DNA of 64,000 nucleotides from Callorhinchus milii (GCF_018977255.1 NW_024704743.1:98086001-98150000), one strand, 5' to 3'; counted from the first letter of the stretch, positions 24,660 through 37,030 are shown. Translations and numbers: made by a program. The notes: a model not told the origin generated them from the sequence alone.

Positions 24660-26042
24660 TCCCATTTGAAATAGCCATTTAGACTGCAGTATACGTTAAA
24701 TATTGAATGTGCAGACGGATTGCAGAGACAATGCTCAGGGACCTGAGAGAAGCCTGTGGAGATGAAGACTGTGTGGAGGCTGCTGCTGTAGATAAACTTT
24801 GACAAAAAAACAAAAATAAGTTTGAAACCATTAAATTGAATTACGGATTATAAACGTAACCTTCTGACAGATAAGGTCATTTCTCACATGGATTCTTACG
24901 TACTAATCAGCAGGGTGTAAATGAAATTATAGGTTTGGTTACAAGAATAGTCACATGTTCTGTGCCACTGTTTAGGCAGCGGAATATCCAAAGAGCTTGA
25001 TAATTTAAGCATGGCAGCTTAATTATTGGGAAAATCAAATGGATAAAAAGACTTGCCATACTCAACCTCCCCGTTATTAAGTGGTATTTATAACACAGCT
25101 GCAAAATGTGCTGTTTTTGCAGTAATGGCCTTGCCTGTGACTCAGTTTGGTTTGGTAGTCATGAAATTTTAATCTACTTAATAGGAAAGAAAGGCTTTGT
25201 ACATATTGAGCTCTTTTACCTGACGTCATAAATTTGCCACGCCTGCAATGCTAACATTGCTCAGCCATCTGATAGCTTAAGTGGTCGAGCAATTCAAATA
25301 AGCCTGAAGGGGTTACTGGTGGTGCAATAGAGCATAACTTCAGCATCTAGCAACTGAATGTTTTGCATATTGCCTACAAATAATCCTACATTTTCCCACA
25401 AAATACAGCCACAACACTTTACTCTATATTCTGTGAAGTGCTTTGAGACGCCTCGAAGATGTGATAAGGCACTATGTCAAATGCAGGGATTATTATTATT
25501 ATTAATATTACATGCCAGGAAAGGAGGGTTCATAGGGGGATGGAAGAATAACATCACCACAAAAAGACAGAGTCTGGGGATGATGAGGAAATCATTCAGA
25601 AGCTCTTTGTAATGATAACTGCAGGCAATATTGATCAATAACGGAAGCAAGTGGTGCTGAAATGAATTGAATAAACTGACATTGGAGAGATTGAGATTTA
25701 TTTTTAAATTTTAATGTGTCTAATTATCTTTCTAATTTCTTCCCTATTGTCACATTCCTCTCCATCTGGTCACTAGAATCCTTTTGCATAGAATGGGGTG
25801 GTTTCAGTGGTGCTAGTTGCCCTAAACAAGTAGTTGTTGTTCATGTGTGAACCGGGGCAGTGAGTGTCAGCAGTTCACGAGACTGTTCAGGGCATCACAA
25901 CCAAGCCTCCTTCTCTTTACCAGGCTGCCACACACATGCACTACCAGTAGAGAGTGCTGAAGAGGGACCAGGAACAACAACTTACATTTATACAGTGCCC
26001 TTCACGTGGGGTAGCGTCCCAGAGCGCTTGCTTTAGGAAAAT

Positions 26043-27435
26043 AGGAACATAGGGAAAAGAGTAGGCCATTCAGCCCTTTGAGCCTGTTCCACCATTAAAT
26101 TAGATCATGGCTGATTTGTATCTCAACTAATCCTGTCAATTCCAATTTCCCGCTTTCTCCCCATATCCCTTGATACCCTGACCTACCAAAAATCCACAAC
26201 CTCACTCTTGAAGATGTGGATAGATCCAGGATCCATGGCCTTTTGGGGGAGAGATTTCCAGATTTCTACCACTCTTTGAGTGAAAAAATGCTTCCTGATT
26301 TCACTCTTAAATGACCTGGTTCTAATTTTAAGACTGTGCCCCCTTGTTTTGGACTCCTATCAGAGGAGATAGCTTCTCTGTATCTTCCCTATCAAATCCC
26401 TTTATCATCTTAAATATCTCAATCAAATCACCCCTCAACCTTCTAAACTCAAGGGAATACAATCCAAGTTTACGCAGCCTTTCCTCGTAACTTAACTCTT
26501 TTAGACCTGATAACCTGATAACATTCTGGTGCGCTGCACCCCCTCCAGGGCCAATATATCTTTCCTGAGGTGTAGTGCACAAAACAGAACACAGTACTTC
26601 AGGTGGGGTCTGACTGAGGCTCTATATAGCTGAAGCATCATTTCTTCCCCTTTGTATTCCAGGCCACTTGAGATGAAGGCCAAAATTTCATTCATCTTTT
26701 TGATTACTTTTTTCACCTGGGAACTCATTTTTAGTGATTTATGGATATGGATACCTAAATCTCTTTGCTCCTTCACAGTTCTTAATTTCTTCCCATTAAG
26801 AAAATATTCAGCATTATCTTTTTTCAGTCCCTAGTTGATGATGTCGTACATTGAACTCCATCTGCCCCAGCTTTGCCCACTCATTTACTCTGTCTAAGTC
26901 CCTTTATACCTTCCTACTCCCATCTACACAATGTACTGAGCCTCCTAGCTTAGTGTCGTCTGCAAACTTCGATATAAAACTTTCTTTTCCTTCATCAAGT
27001 CATTTATACTTATGGCGAATAGCAGAGGTCCCAGTACAGACCCCTAAGGGACACCAGTTGTCATGTTCCCTACTCTCTGTTTCCTGGCTTCCGACCAATT
27101 ACCAAGCCATGGTTACTTCCGACTCAATGCACTTCCATTTTCGCTGATAATCTTTTTGTGGAACCTTATCAAATGCCTTCTGAAAGTTCATATAAACAAC
27201 ATCCATTGACACCATTTTAGTGATCTCCTCAAAAAAATTCAACTAGATTAGTCAGACACAATCTTCCCTTCACAAGCCCATGCTGACTCTCTTGACTAGC
27301 TCATACCTGTCCAAGTGTTCAGTCACTCTGTCCCTGATGATGGATTCCAACATTAATCTGACAGGTCTGTAGTTCCCTGATTTCTCCCTCCCTTCTTAAA
27401 TACAGGAGTGGCATTCACAATTTTCCAATTCCAAT
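26043..27435 (-). mobile_element. CR1 LINE, ~1.4 kb decayed RT and 3' end
   Basis: Minus-strand motifs WKIVNATPVFKKGG, FQKAFDKVP, KFADDTKLG, EQRDLGIHIHKSLK, YSLEFRRLRGDLIE. Confidence 0.92.
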
Positions 27436-27461
27436 TTCCAATTTCATCATCCCTATCCCTA

Positions 27462-27885
27462 ACAAGATCATAAGACCACAAGATTGGTCTGGTTGTAGAA
27501 GACCCTTCAACCCATCGAAGCTCACCCCTCCCGAACACTCACCTTACTATACCCCCATCACTGCCTCAAGCTGCTTTTTAAATGAGTCTAGTGTCTTGGC
27601 CTCTACCACCTTTCCTGGTAACCTGTTCCAACCATTGATTGCCCTCTGCGTAAAGAAAACTATCTAGCATCTGTCCTGAAACCGCCTTTTACAACTGGGA
27701 AAGCTATGCCTAATTAGCCTCCTCTGCAGCCTGGAAGAGTCCAGTAAATAAATGCAGTATGGACCAGCATTCAAACCAGAGAGCTCCATAGGCTGCAACT
27801 ATATCCACTTTAGGGCTGTCAGAATTTGAGAGATCTATTCCAAGCAGTTCATTGTTCTTTCTGCCCTGGAGCTGTTCAGCAGTTC
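27462..27885 (-). mobile_element. CR1-type 3' end joined to a non-CR1 body
   Basis: Tail agatcataagaccacaaga shared with 59877; body 27680-27882 recurs at 32450-32640. Confidence 0.6.
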
Positions 27886-29496
27886 AGAGGCTGTTCCAGG
27901 ACCTTCTCCTCACGAAGGGGAGGAGGATAGTTAAACATATTGACTAGTGGGTAATTTACAGTTGAATCCCAGAAGGAGCAGCATTCCTGGAGTGAAAGGC
28001 CTTCCCTCTCAACCGAACATGTTTTCACCAAAATTGTGGAGATGTGAAGTTAGGTGATATCTGAAGCTTAACTTATGTCACAAGCTGCAATCATCGCTAT
28101 TTAATCCTACCCCAAACAAGGGTAAATATTGAAATGTTATGATGGGTTAGTTAAGATCTATGGTGCGAATTAGCATATGAATTGACTTTAGCGACCATAT
28201 AATAATTAACATATGGATTGTTTCTACAGTGGGCTGGAGACGACACCCCCCACCTCCCCCACCAAACATTCTTCTCAATAGTGGCAACAAAAACCTATCA
28301 TTTCTTATGGCCATTGAGCTCTGACACATGGATCGCAACAATAACAAATTGTTTTTATATATTTACTAGCTGTACCCATTGCAGCTACACTTGCAACCAA
28401 AAGATCCAATACGGAATGTTGATTGATGCACAGACAGACACACTTACTTATCCTTGAAAGGTTTGATTTTTGCTTAGGCATCTTTATAAATATAAATGTA
28501 TAATTTATAATCACTGGGACGTCCTCTTTAAAGGTACTTTAACAATGTAATTTTGTTGTTGTTGCCGCGGCTTGGCTTTGTCTGTGTTCTTCATTTTGTT
28601 CCCGTCGCCGCTTGGCTACGTGCATGATCTGTGGCGCACAATGGCACAGCGCCACTTTGACTTGGCAGCCACCGGGCGTAACTGCAGTGAAAAATGCAAA
28701 ACTGAAACACATTTTAGGTTATAGCTCATGAACAATAGGAGATACCCGAAAACAAATATGCCCATGTCACTCGCAGTTGCAAGACCTTTCCGATGAGGTA
28801 TAAATCATGTTTCTACATCAATCAGTTATTGGGATCCTTCTTGGAAGCGTACACAGACAGACAGGCAGGCAGGCAGGCAGGCATTGTTGTTTTATTAGTA
28901 TAGATATAGTGCCTTCACATTGGGAAGATGCTCAAGGGAGATCCCAAGACCTGGACAGCTGAGAGTTTGTACCCAAGATGAGTGGGGGCCAAGGCAGGGT
29001 GGGGATGGAAAAATGACCAAAGAGTCAAAGAGGAAGGTCTTGAGACAGACCTAGAAGGATGCAAGGGAAAGGGCAAAGTGAAGGGCCTCTTGGAGGGAAT
29101 TCCAGAGAGTGGGGGCAGAAAAGCTGAAGACCCGACCACCGAAAGTAGGACAAGCAGGACGGGGGACGTGAAGCAGGGCAGTACCTGCTGAGTGGAGGGA
29201 GTGGGTGGGTTGATAAGGTTTAAGTACACAGGGCAAGGTGGGGCAAGACCGTGGATGGCTTTAAAAGTGAGGATGAGGAACTTGATCCTCTGAGGGATGA
29301 GAAGCCAGTTGAGGTGGGTGAGGATGGGGATAGTAGGCCTGTGAAGCCTGGTGTGGAGAGGATATAAACTGCAGAGTTCTCAATGGTCTGGAGCTTGTGG
29401 AGAGAAGAGTTGGGAAGTCCGAAGAGCAGAGAGTTATGTAATTTAGCTTGGACATGATAACAGTCAGCTAAGGGTCTTGGTGGCCCAAGGGGAGAG

Positions 29497-31956
29497 TTCT
29501 CTGAACGCCTCTCCCTCTGGCCTTCAACCCTCACTGACCCTTCTTCTCCTCTCACCCTCCTCCACAACACCCTCTCCTTCACACTCGACACCCTTGCCCC
29601 CATCACCTCCCGAACTGTCTCCTACTCTCGCTCTTCCCCCTGGTACACCACCCATCTCTGCTCACTGAAGAGCCAGGTGCGGGCCGCTGAACGCACCTGT
29701 CTCAAATCTGGCCTAACGGTCCACCGACAAATCTGGCTGGACCTCCTCAAAATCTGCCGCTCCACTCTAGCTTCGGCCAAGTCGTCCTTCTACTCCAGGA
29801 TAATCCTGGAGACGAAGAACAACTCCAGGCTTCTGTTTTCCACCACATCCCGACTCCTCCGTCCCCCCCGCCACCCTGCGCAGGTCATATCCTCCAACCT
29901 TCACTGCGAGGAGATGCTGGATTTCCTTGAATCCAAAATCAAGGAAATCCGCTCCGCGGTCACTCCCCCTCCAACTTCCACCCATCCCTCCCACACTCCG
30001 ACTCCTACCCATCCTCCCCGGCACACCTTCGTACCCGTTTCCCCACCCTCTGTCACCAAACTCATCCTGTCCCTGAAACCCACCACCTGCTCCCTTAACC
30101 CCATCCCCACTCCACTCCTTATCTCTCAGCTCCACTTCCTTGCCCCACATATCACAGACATCATCAACCTGTCCCTCTCCTCTGGCTCTGTTCCCATTCC
30201 CTTAATAATAATAATAATAATCCTTGCATTTGATATAGCGCTTTTCACGTCGGGAGGACGCCCCAAAGCGCTTCACAGAATATACTGTAAAGTGAATTGA
30301 CTGTATACTTGTGGGCGAACGCGGCAGCCAATTGCGCACAGCAATGTCCCACAAACAGTCATGGATTGAAAATGACCAATTTATTATTGTTTTTTTTGTT
30401 TTGGAGGATTATTATTAGGCGTGTGGAGTAAGGAAACTTGCCCAAGGTTTCGCCCTGCCTGGAATTGAACTCAGGTCTCCCGCTTGCAAAGCGAGTGCTC
30501 TAACCACTGAGCTACAGGACTCCCACTTTGAAAAAACCCTCCCTTGATGCGTCGCAGCTGTCAAGCTACCGCCCCATCTCCAACCTCCCCTTCCTGTCCA
30601 AGGTCTTTGAAAGAGTTGTCGCCTCCCAGCTGCGCTCTTTCCTCTCCATCCAGGCATTATTCGAACCCCTTCAGTCGGGTTTCCGTGCTGCCCATAGCAC
30701 AGAAACTGCCCTGGTCAAGGTCACCAATGACATCTTGACCATCTGCGATCAGGGCTCCCTCTGCCTCCTCGTCCTCCTCGACCTATCGGCAGCATTCGAT
30801 ACGGTCGACCACGCTATCCTCCTCCACCGCTTGTCCTCCCACCTCAACCTTCAAGGCCCTGTCCTTGAGTGGTTTAGGTCATACCTCTCCCACCGTCTTC
30901 ATTTTGTTTCCACAAACGGCTTTTCCTCCACCCCCGCACTGTCTCATGCGGTGTCCCTCAGGGCTCTGTCCTCGGTCCCCTCCTCTTCACCCTCTATATG
31001 CTCCCCCTTGGTGACATCATCCGCAGACATGGAGTTAACTTCCACATGTATGCGGATGACACCCAACTCTACCTTTCCTCCTCTACCCTCAACTCCATGA
31101 CCACCGATGTCCTGACAGCCTGCCTGTCTGACATCGAGTCCTGGACGAGAGACAACTTTCTTCAGCTCGACGTACATAAAACTGAGGCCCTCCTGATTGG
31201 CTCACATCAGCGCCTCCGCACCTCAGGCGCTGACAGCATCAGCATCCAAGGCTGCACTCTCCACCTCTCAAAGCCAGTCAGGAACCTCGGGGTTCTGTTC
31301 GACCCTGAGCTGTCCTTTCTCCCCCATATCCGCACCACAACTGGCACCGCCTTCCATCACCTCCGGAACATCGCCAGAATGGCAATACCTCACGGCACTA
31401 CCTCACCCCTCATGCAGCTGAAACTCTGGTCCACTCCTTTATCACCTCAAAGCTGGACTATGGGAACTCTCTCCTCGCCGGCCTTCCCGGCACCTCCCCC
31501 CACAAGATGCAGGTCATTCAGAACTCCGCAGCTCGTGTACTGTCCCGCACCAGGCTTCGCAACCACATCACTCCCACCCTCGCTCGCCTCCACTGGCTCC
31601 CCATCCCCCAGAGGATTGAATTCAAGATGCTCATCCTCGCCTACAAGGTCCATCACGGCCTTGCTCCCTCCTACCTCTCCGACCTACTATCCCCCTATCT
31701 ACCTACCCGTACCCTCCGTTCCTCTGGCTCCAGTCTGCTCCACATCCCCTGCCCCAAACGCCCTACCATCGGTGGCTGGACCATCAGCCTCTCAGCCCCT
31801 AGGCTCTGGAACTCCATCCCCCAGTGCCTTCGCCTTGCTTCCTCCCTTTCCTCCTTCAAGGCCGGTCTCAAGACCTTTCTCTTTGACCGTGCCTTCAGCT
31901 CCCCTCTCAACTCTCTACCCCCTCCTAGCCACCTCCCTTCCCTCCCCTCACCCTGA
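29497..31956 (+). pseudogene. L2 ORF2 reverse transcriptase remnant (SINE insertion plus frameshifts near 30930 and 31380)
   Basis: [81 protein letters not shown]. Confidence 0.93.
30203..30523 (-). mobile_element. Young tRNA(Ala-like)-headed Deu-type SINE, short subfamily, inside L2 ORF2
   Basis: Near-identical reverse complement of 33911-34238. Confidence 0.95.
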
Positions 31957-33910
31957 CCATTTACCCCCTGCTCGGCTCCTGACCCAACTGTCCAGCGCTT
32001 TGGGACGTCCTCCCGACGTGAAAGGCGCTCTATAAATGGAATCTTGTTGTTGTTGTTGTTGAGAGGTAGCGGTGGAGGCAGGGATGTTGCGGGGATGGGG
32101 GGAAAGTTGAATGGATCATTGCACGGATGAGGGGTTTGAAGAAGAGTTGAGAGTTGAACAAAACACCGAGATCCTTAATGGCTCAGTGAGGTGGAGAATG
32201 CATCCATGTATAATGATGATGTCAGTGCCTGAGGTGAGAAGGCGCAGATGGGAGTCAAGCAGGAGAGCCTCTGCCTTGTCAACATTCAGCTGGAGAAAGT
32301 TAGCTCTCATCCAGGACTTGGTGTCCAACAGGCAATTGGTCAGGACAGCAGTGGTCCTGGAATCGAGGGTGGAGACAGAGAGATAGAGTTGTGTGTCATC
32401 TGCAAATATGTGGAAGTTAACCCGATGTCTGCAGATGACAACGACTTCCTGGTATGTGTCCTGAAATTGCCTTTTACAATGGGAAAGCCAGGCCCCTGCA
32501 GACTGTGTGAATCCAGTAAATGCAGCATTCAAACTGGCGAGCTCCATAGGCTTAATTTCTGTTCACTACAGGGCTGTCAGAATTGAGAAGATTTATTCCA
32601 AGCAGTTCTTTCTTCTTTCTGCCCTGGAGCTGTTCAGCAAGGGCATGTCAATATTAAAGAGGAGAGGACCAGGGATAGAGCGCTGACGTGGCTCAGACTG
32701 CTGGTTAGTGAAATGCCAACTCTAAATTAAACTTCAATGCTGGAAATCAGAAAATGAAAGTGCAATGGAAGGCTCGGCTGGATTCTTAGTGCAATTATTG
32801 AGAAAGGTGTCAAGAATGGGGATTGAGACCATTTCCAACACTCCTGGTGACCAGATGTTGTATTCAGCATCATATCATCTTCATACCTTCATGCTCAGCT
32901 ACAGTGAGTAATTTCTGCAGGATAGTTGTGTGCATTTAATTGGTAGTCTTGTGGCAAATTGGAAATGGCAGTTCTAAGAGGAAACCTAATACTGAAGCTT
33001 ACACAACAGGCAGCAACAAATGTGTTCTTGTAAAGTACATTGACCCTCTGGGTGAATATAGCTCATGTAGCATTGTCTGGTTACATCTGGGTTTAACAGA
33101 TAGATGGAATTGGACGTACCAGGAATGCAAAAGAACTTTTATTGGAAAATAACATTGGAGCTATTATTTTCTATGGAGTATAACGCCCACCACTTCAACC
33201 CTATAACCCTGCTACTGCTTCTACAATAACCCATAATAGTGCAGATATACACACGTCCACACATCTAGCTATAAATACCTATGTCTTTTTTGATACATAA
33301 CTACCTACTGTGGTCTGAGACAAACAGGTGGATAGCATAGAGGAAATAGGGATACAATTCTGAGTAGGTCTTTCCAGTAAAGAGCGAGCACTGCATTGTT
33401 GAAAGTACCAACTTTTGGATGAGACATTAACAATTCTCCCAATTACTTGGTCATTCACCTCATGGCTTTTTACTATGTACAAAATAACTGCCACATTTAT
33501 CCACAGAAACATTTTCTACTATTCATAGAGGGGGTTGAAAATCACAAACTGATTTGAAGGGAATCATAAGCCTCATGCTGACCACGGGGAATTTGGCTTC
33601 AACACACGTGGCCGGGGTTGGTATCGAAGCGACCTTCCCAAGGGTCAGCGTGACATTCATCTGGTTTCCTGTGGAATTCAGTATCTTTGAATACAGTCCT
33701 ATACTTCAGGACCATGTCCCTCTCCTCCCTCCTTACCTCCTCCTCCTCTCCCCACCCACCACTACCATCACCTACTGGCACCGTAGGCGATCTTCAGTAT
33801 TTCTTGTCGGTAATATTGTTGTTGACGTGCAGGAAATGAGTTTGATAGTTTTAAGTGAGTGCCTTGACAACAGTGTGTTGCAGATCTAGCATACCCAATC
33901 TCTGCCGGTT

Positions 33911-34238
33911 GGAGTCCTGTAGCTCAGTGGTTAGAGCACTCGCTTTGCAAGCGGGAGACCTGAGTTCAATTCCAGGCAGGGCGAAACCTTGGGCAAGTTT
34001 CCTTACTCCACACGCCTAATAATAATCCCTCCAAAATAAAAAAAAAATAATAAATGGGTCATTTTCAATCCATGACTGTTTGTGGGACATTGCTGTGCGC
34101 AATTGGCTGCCGCGTTCGCCCACAAATATACAGTCAATTCACTTTACAGTGTGTTCTGTGAAGCGCTTTGGGACATCCTCCTGACGTGAAAAGCGCTATA
34201 TCAAATGCAAGGATTAATATTATTATTATTATTATTAT
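33911..34238 (+). mobile_element. Young full-length tRNA(Ala-like)-headed Deu-type SINE, short subfamily
   Basis: A box tagctcagtgg, TGC anticodon arm, B box gagttcaattcc; core gtgggacattgctgtgcgcaattggctgccgcg; L2-type tail; (TTA)n. Confidence 0.95.
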
Positions 34239-34564
34239 AAGTGAAAAGCAGCATTTGCAGCAAGATGTTTCAACATATTCAAATACAAGTTCTTTCGTTC
34301 CTCTATATTTCTGGTTTGTTGTCAAATGCTCCAAGATGCTGTCCGGCGTGAAGTACTGCAAGTTGTTGTGTATTTAACATCAAAAGCAACAACAACTGCA
34401 TTGATATAACACCCTTCAATCAGGATAGTGTCTTGGAGTGCTGCACAATGATGTGGTTGGACGCTGAGCAACGGAGAAGGGGAAGGAAGGGGCAGGTGAC
34501 CCAGCCATGGTTGAAGAATGATCCTTAAGCTATTGCTAGCAGGGTTTGGAAAAAATTAGATTAC

Positions 34565-35256
34565 AATAGGTAGATAAAGCTGAAAAAGGGCACATGGAAT
34601 ACTAGGCTTTATAAATAGGGGCATAGAGTACAAGAGTCAAGAAGTTATGATTAACCTATATAAAACACTGGTTAGGCTTCAGTTAGAATACTGCGCCCAG
34701 TTCTGGACACCACACTATAGGAAGCCATTGGAACACTATGTTAAGGCATTGGTAAGGATGCAGAGGAGATTTACGAGGATGGTACCAGGAATGAGGGACC
34801 TTGATTATGAGAAAAGGCTAGAGAGGCTGGGATTATTCTCATTGGAGCAGAGAAGGATACAAGGAGACCTAATAGAGGTCTTCAAAATCATGAGGGGATT
34901 TGGTAGGTTAGAAAAGGAAAAACTGTTTCCACTGGTGGGTGTGTCGGTGACTCGAGGTCACAGATTCAAAATAGTCTCTAAAAGAAGCAGAGGGGAGGTG
35001 AGAAGAAATTTTTTCACGCAGCAAGTTGTTCGAATTTGGAATCGCATTGGCTGAAAGGGCGGTCGAGGCCGATTCGATAACTACTTTTAAAAATGCGATG
35101 GACGGGTATTTGAGGAGGACGGGTTTACAGGGTTATGGGGAAAGGGCTGGGGAGTGGGACTGACATTAGTTGCTCTATTCAAAGAGCCGGCACAACTTCG
35201 ATGGGCCGAATGGCCTCTTTTTGTGCTGTACGATTCTATGATTCTATGATTCTATG
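34565..35256 (+). mobile_element. CR1 LINE, 5'-truncated
   Basis: ORF 34647-35054 LYKTLVRLQLEYCAQFW...RRNFFTQQVVRIWN; tail (ATTCTATG)3. Confidence 0.93.
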
Positions 35257-35761
35257 AGGAGCTACATGGCTGAGAATGTACAAGTAGCATTTTTGGCACA
35301 GTTTGAAAACTAGAAAATACCTAAACTATTACATTCACACTTGCCCCTATTTGTAATCACCAGCAGAATTGCACATGAATGTGTTCAGTTGTGTTATTGT
35401 ATCCCAGGACCTAAAATACAAGTTTACTTTAATTTGCAATGTATATCTATGTATATCTGAGCATATTACATTAAATCTATTTGTTTTATGATAATTTGTA
35501 TGTATTAAAAACTACGAATAGCAGGAAGCCAATTAAAGGAGTACCCTCAAGTGATGTGCCTGTTAAATTTTATTGCAAAGATCATTTGAGAGGGTAATGT
35601 GTTTTAAAATTGTAATTGCTTGAATGTAATGTAATTTTAACTTGTGGCTAATAGCAGCTGTTCTGCTCTATGTTTATACAGTGTTAAGTTGATTAGTTTG
35701 TAGTTGCTGATTTTCTGTGTGAAAATGTATGGTACAAAACCAAATGCTAAGAGAAAAGAAA

Positions 35762-36235
35762 TGGGACAGTGTAATGGAAAGAGCTGCAACTTGTAGGCCA
35801 CAAACTTGCTGGTTCAAATCTCAGACCAGTCCCAGTCTGTGTTGAGTTTAATGTTCTTAGCCAGGATTACAAAAGGAAATTGAATTGGCTCTGGCCTTCC
35901 CAGGGTTAGAAAGGAAATAAACAACCAAGATTCCTGATCCTGGTCCCTCTTCGGCAACTTCTGATTGTGAATGTGTGCTTCTGTGAGTGTGTGTGTGTGT
36001 ACGTGCGTGAGTGTGTATGGCAGCTATGGCTGTGGGGAGATGTCAGGCTCAGCTGCGATGCCCTCTATAGTAAAGTGACCGACATTCACTGTCAAGGCTC
36101 AAACATGAACAGTGGGCAATTGGGCAGAGTACTGAAGGGCAATCGGTGCTTGTGGAGCTTCACCCAGCAAGAGGCCGTACCTGGAGCAGAGAGGCTCCTG
36201 GCAGTACCATCTTTAACCCGCCAATGGGGAGAAAA
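35762..36235 (+). mobile_element. Third, old SINE-like family with a tRNA-like head, unclassified
   Basis: ggttcaaatctc B-box-like motif then gtctgtgttgagtt; related pieces at ~11870-12150 (-), ~25790-25970 (-), ~47250-47400 and ~51670-51760. Confidence 0.5.
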
Positions 36236-36637
36236 TTAGAAAAATATGTGAGCATACTAAAAATGTAAAGATTAAAGAAATATGCTTTATTTTGCAATTT
36301 CATGGCATGATTATTTGTCTATGTTTAGAGCAGGATTGTATAAATGTTACAAAACAAGGAGAGGATTGAGTGCATTTACCAACATGATGTGTGGCACTAA
36401 AGGAAAATAATGAGTTGGCCATTAATGCCAAGACCAGATATCACAATACTGCTGCTAGGAAGAGAGCTGGACAATGAAGCGTTCACATAAAACTATTACA
36501 TTTCCAGCCCTGCATTAGTATTTTGTTGACACATGAAAAATGCCAATGGTGGCATTTGTGAGATCACTTTGGAGGAGTTTTAGCTGGTGAACCATGCCCA
36601 TATTCCAACCAGCAAAAATATCAAATCATTGTGTAGG

Positions 36638-37030
36638 TGTCAGCATAGCTCAGTCGCTAACATTCTCGCCTCTCTGACTCTCAGCCTGTGGGTTCAAGCC
36701 TTATGTCAGTACCGTGTTGGAGATGCTGTCCTTCGGATGAGACAATAAACCGAGGCCGCATTTACCTGTCCAGATGGACATTAAAGATCCCATGGCACTA
36801 TAAGAGAAGAGAAGGGAGTTTCTTCCAGTCTTTGTCCAATAATTCCCCAAATAAAAATGATCATTAATTTCAGGGATGTTTGTGAAACCTTGCTATGTAC
36901 AAATTGGCTGTCATGTTTGCCTACAGAGTAACAGTATAACTATACTTTACTGTAGGTCCTAGGAAGTGCTTTGTGACATCCTCCCAACTTGAAGGGCACT
37001 ATATCAAATGTAAGGATTATTATTAGTAAT
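36638..37030 (+). mobile_element. Older Deu-type SINE, near full length
   Basis: gtcagcatagctcagtcgctaacattctcgcctctctgac...gggttcaagcc; tail atatcaaatgtaaggattattatt. Confidence 0.8.

Larger units (their letters stand above)
29497..32060 (+). mobile_element. Younger L2 LINE, 5'-truncated
   Basis: ORF2 motifs; tail gcgctttgggacgtcctcccgacgtgaaaggcgc plus (TTG)n; gagag on both sides. Confidence 0.95.
28885..32690 (-). mobile_element. Older L2 LINE, interrupted (pieces 28885-29496, 32061-32447, 32641-32690)
   Basis: Minus-strand GGRVFSFSAPTLWNSL, FHIFADDTQLY and GPLLFNIDM; reading frame rejoins across the younger L2. Confidence 0.85.

Noticed and set aside
28560..28690. Small CpG cluster
   Set aside because: Only ~130 bp, too short for a CpG island, with no other promoter evidence.
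30998..32035. 345-aa ORF, the longest in the track
   Set aside because: The N-terminal part is L2 RT and the rest is out-of-frame read-through after a frameshift; not a host gene.
33911..33985. tRNA-Ala(TGC)-like cloverleaf (also at ~30450-30523, 56734 and 63633)
   Set aside because: Imperfect T and acceptor stems, no oligo-T terminator, and always continuous with the SINE body; it is a SINE head, not a tRNA gene.
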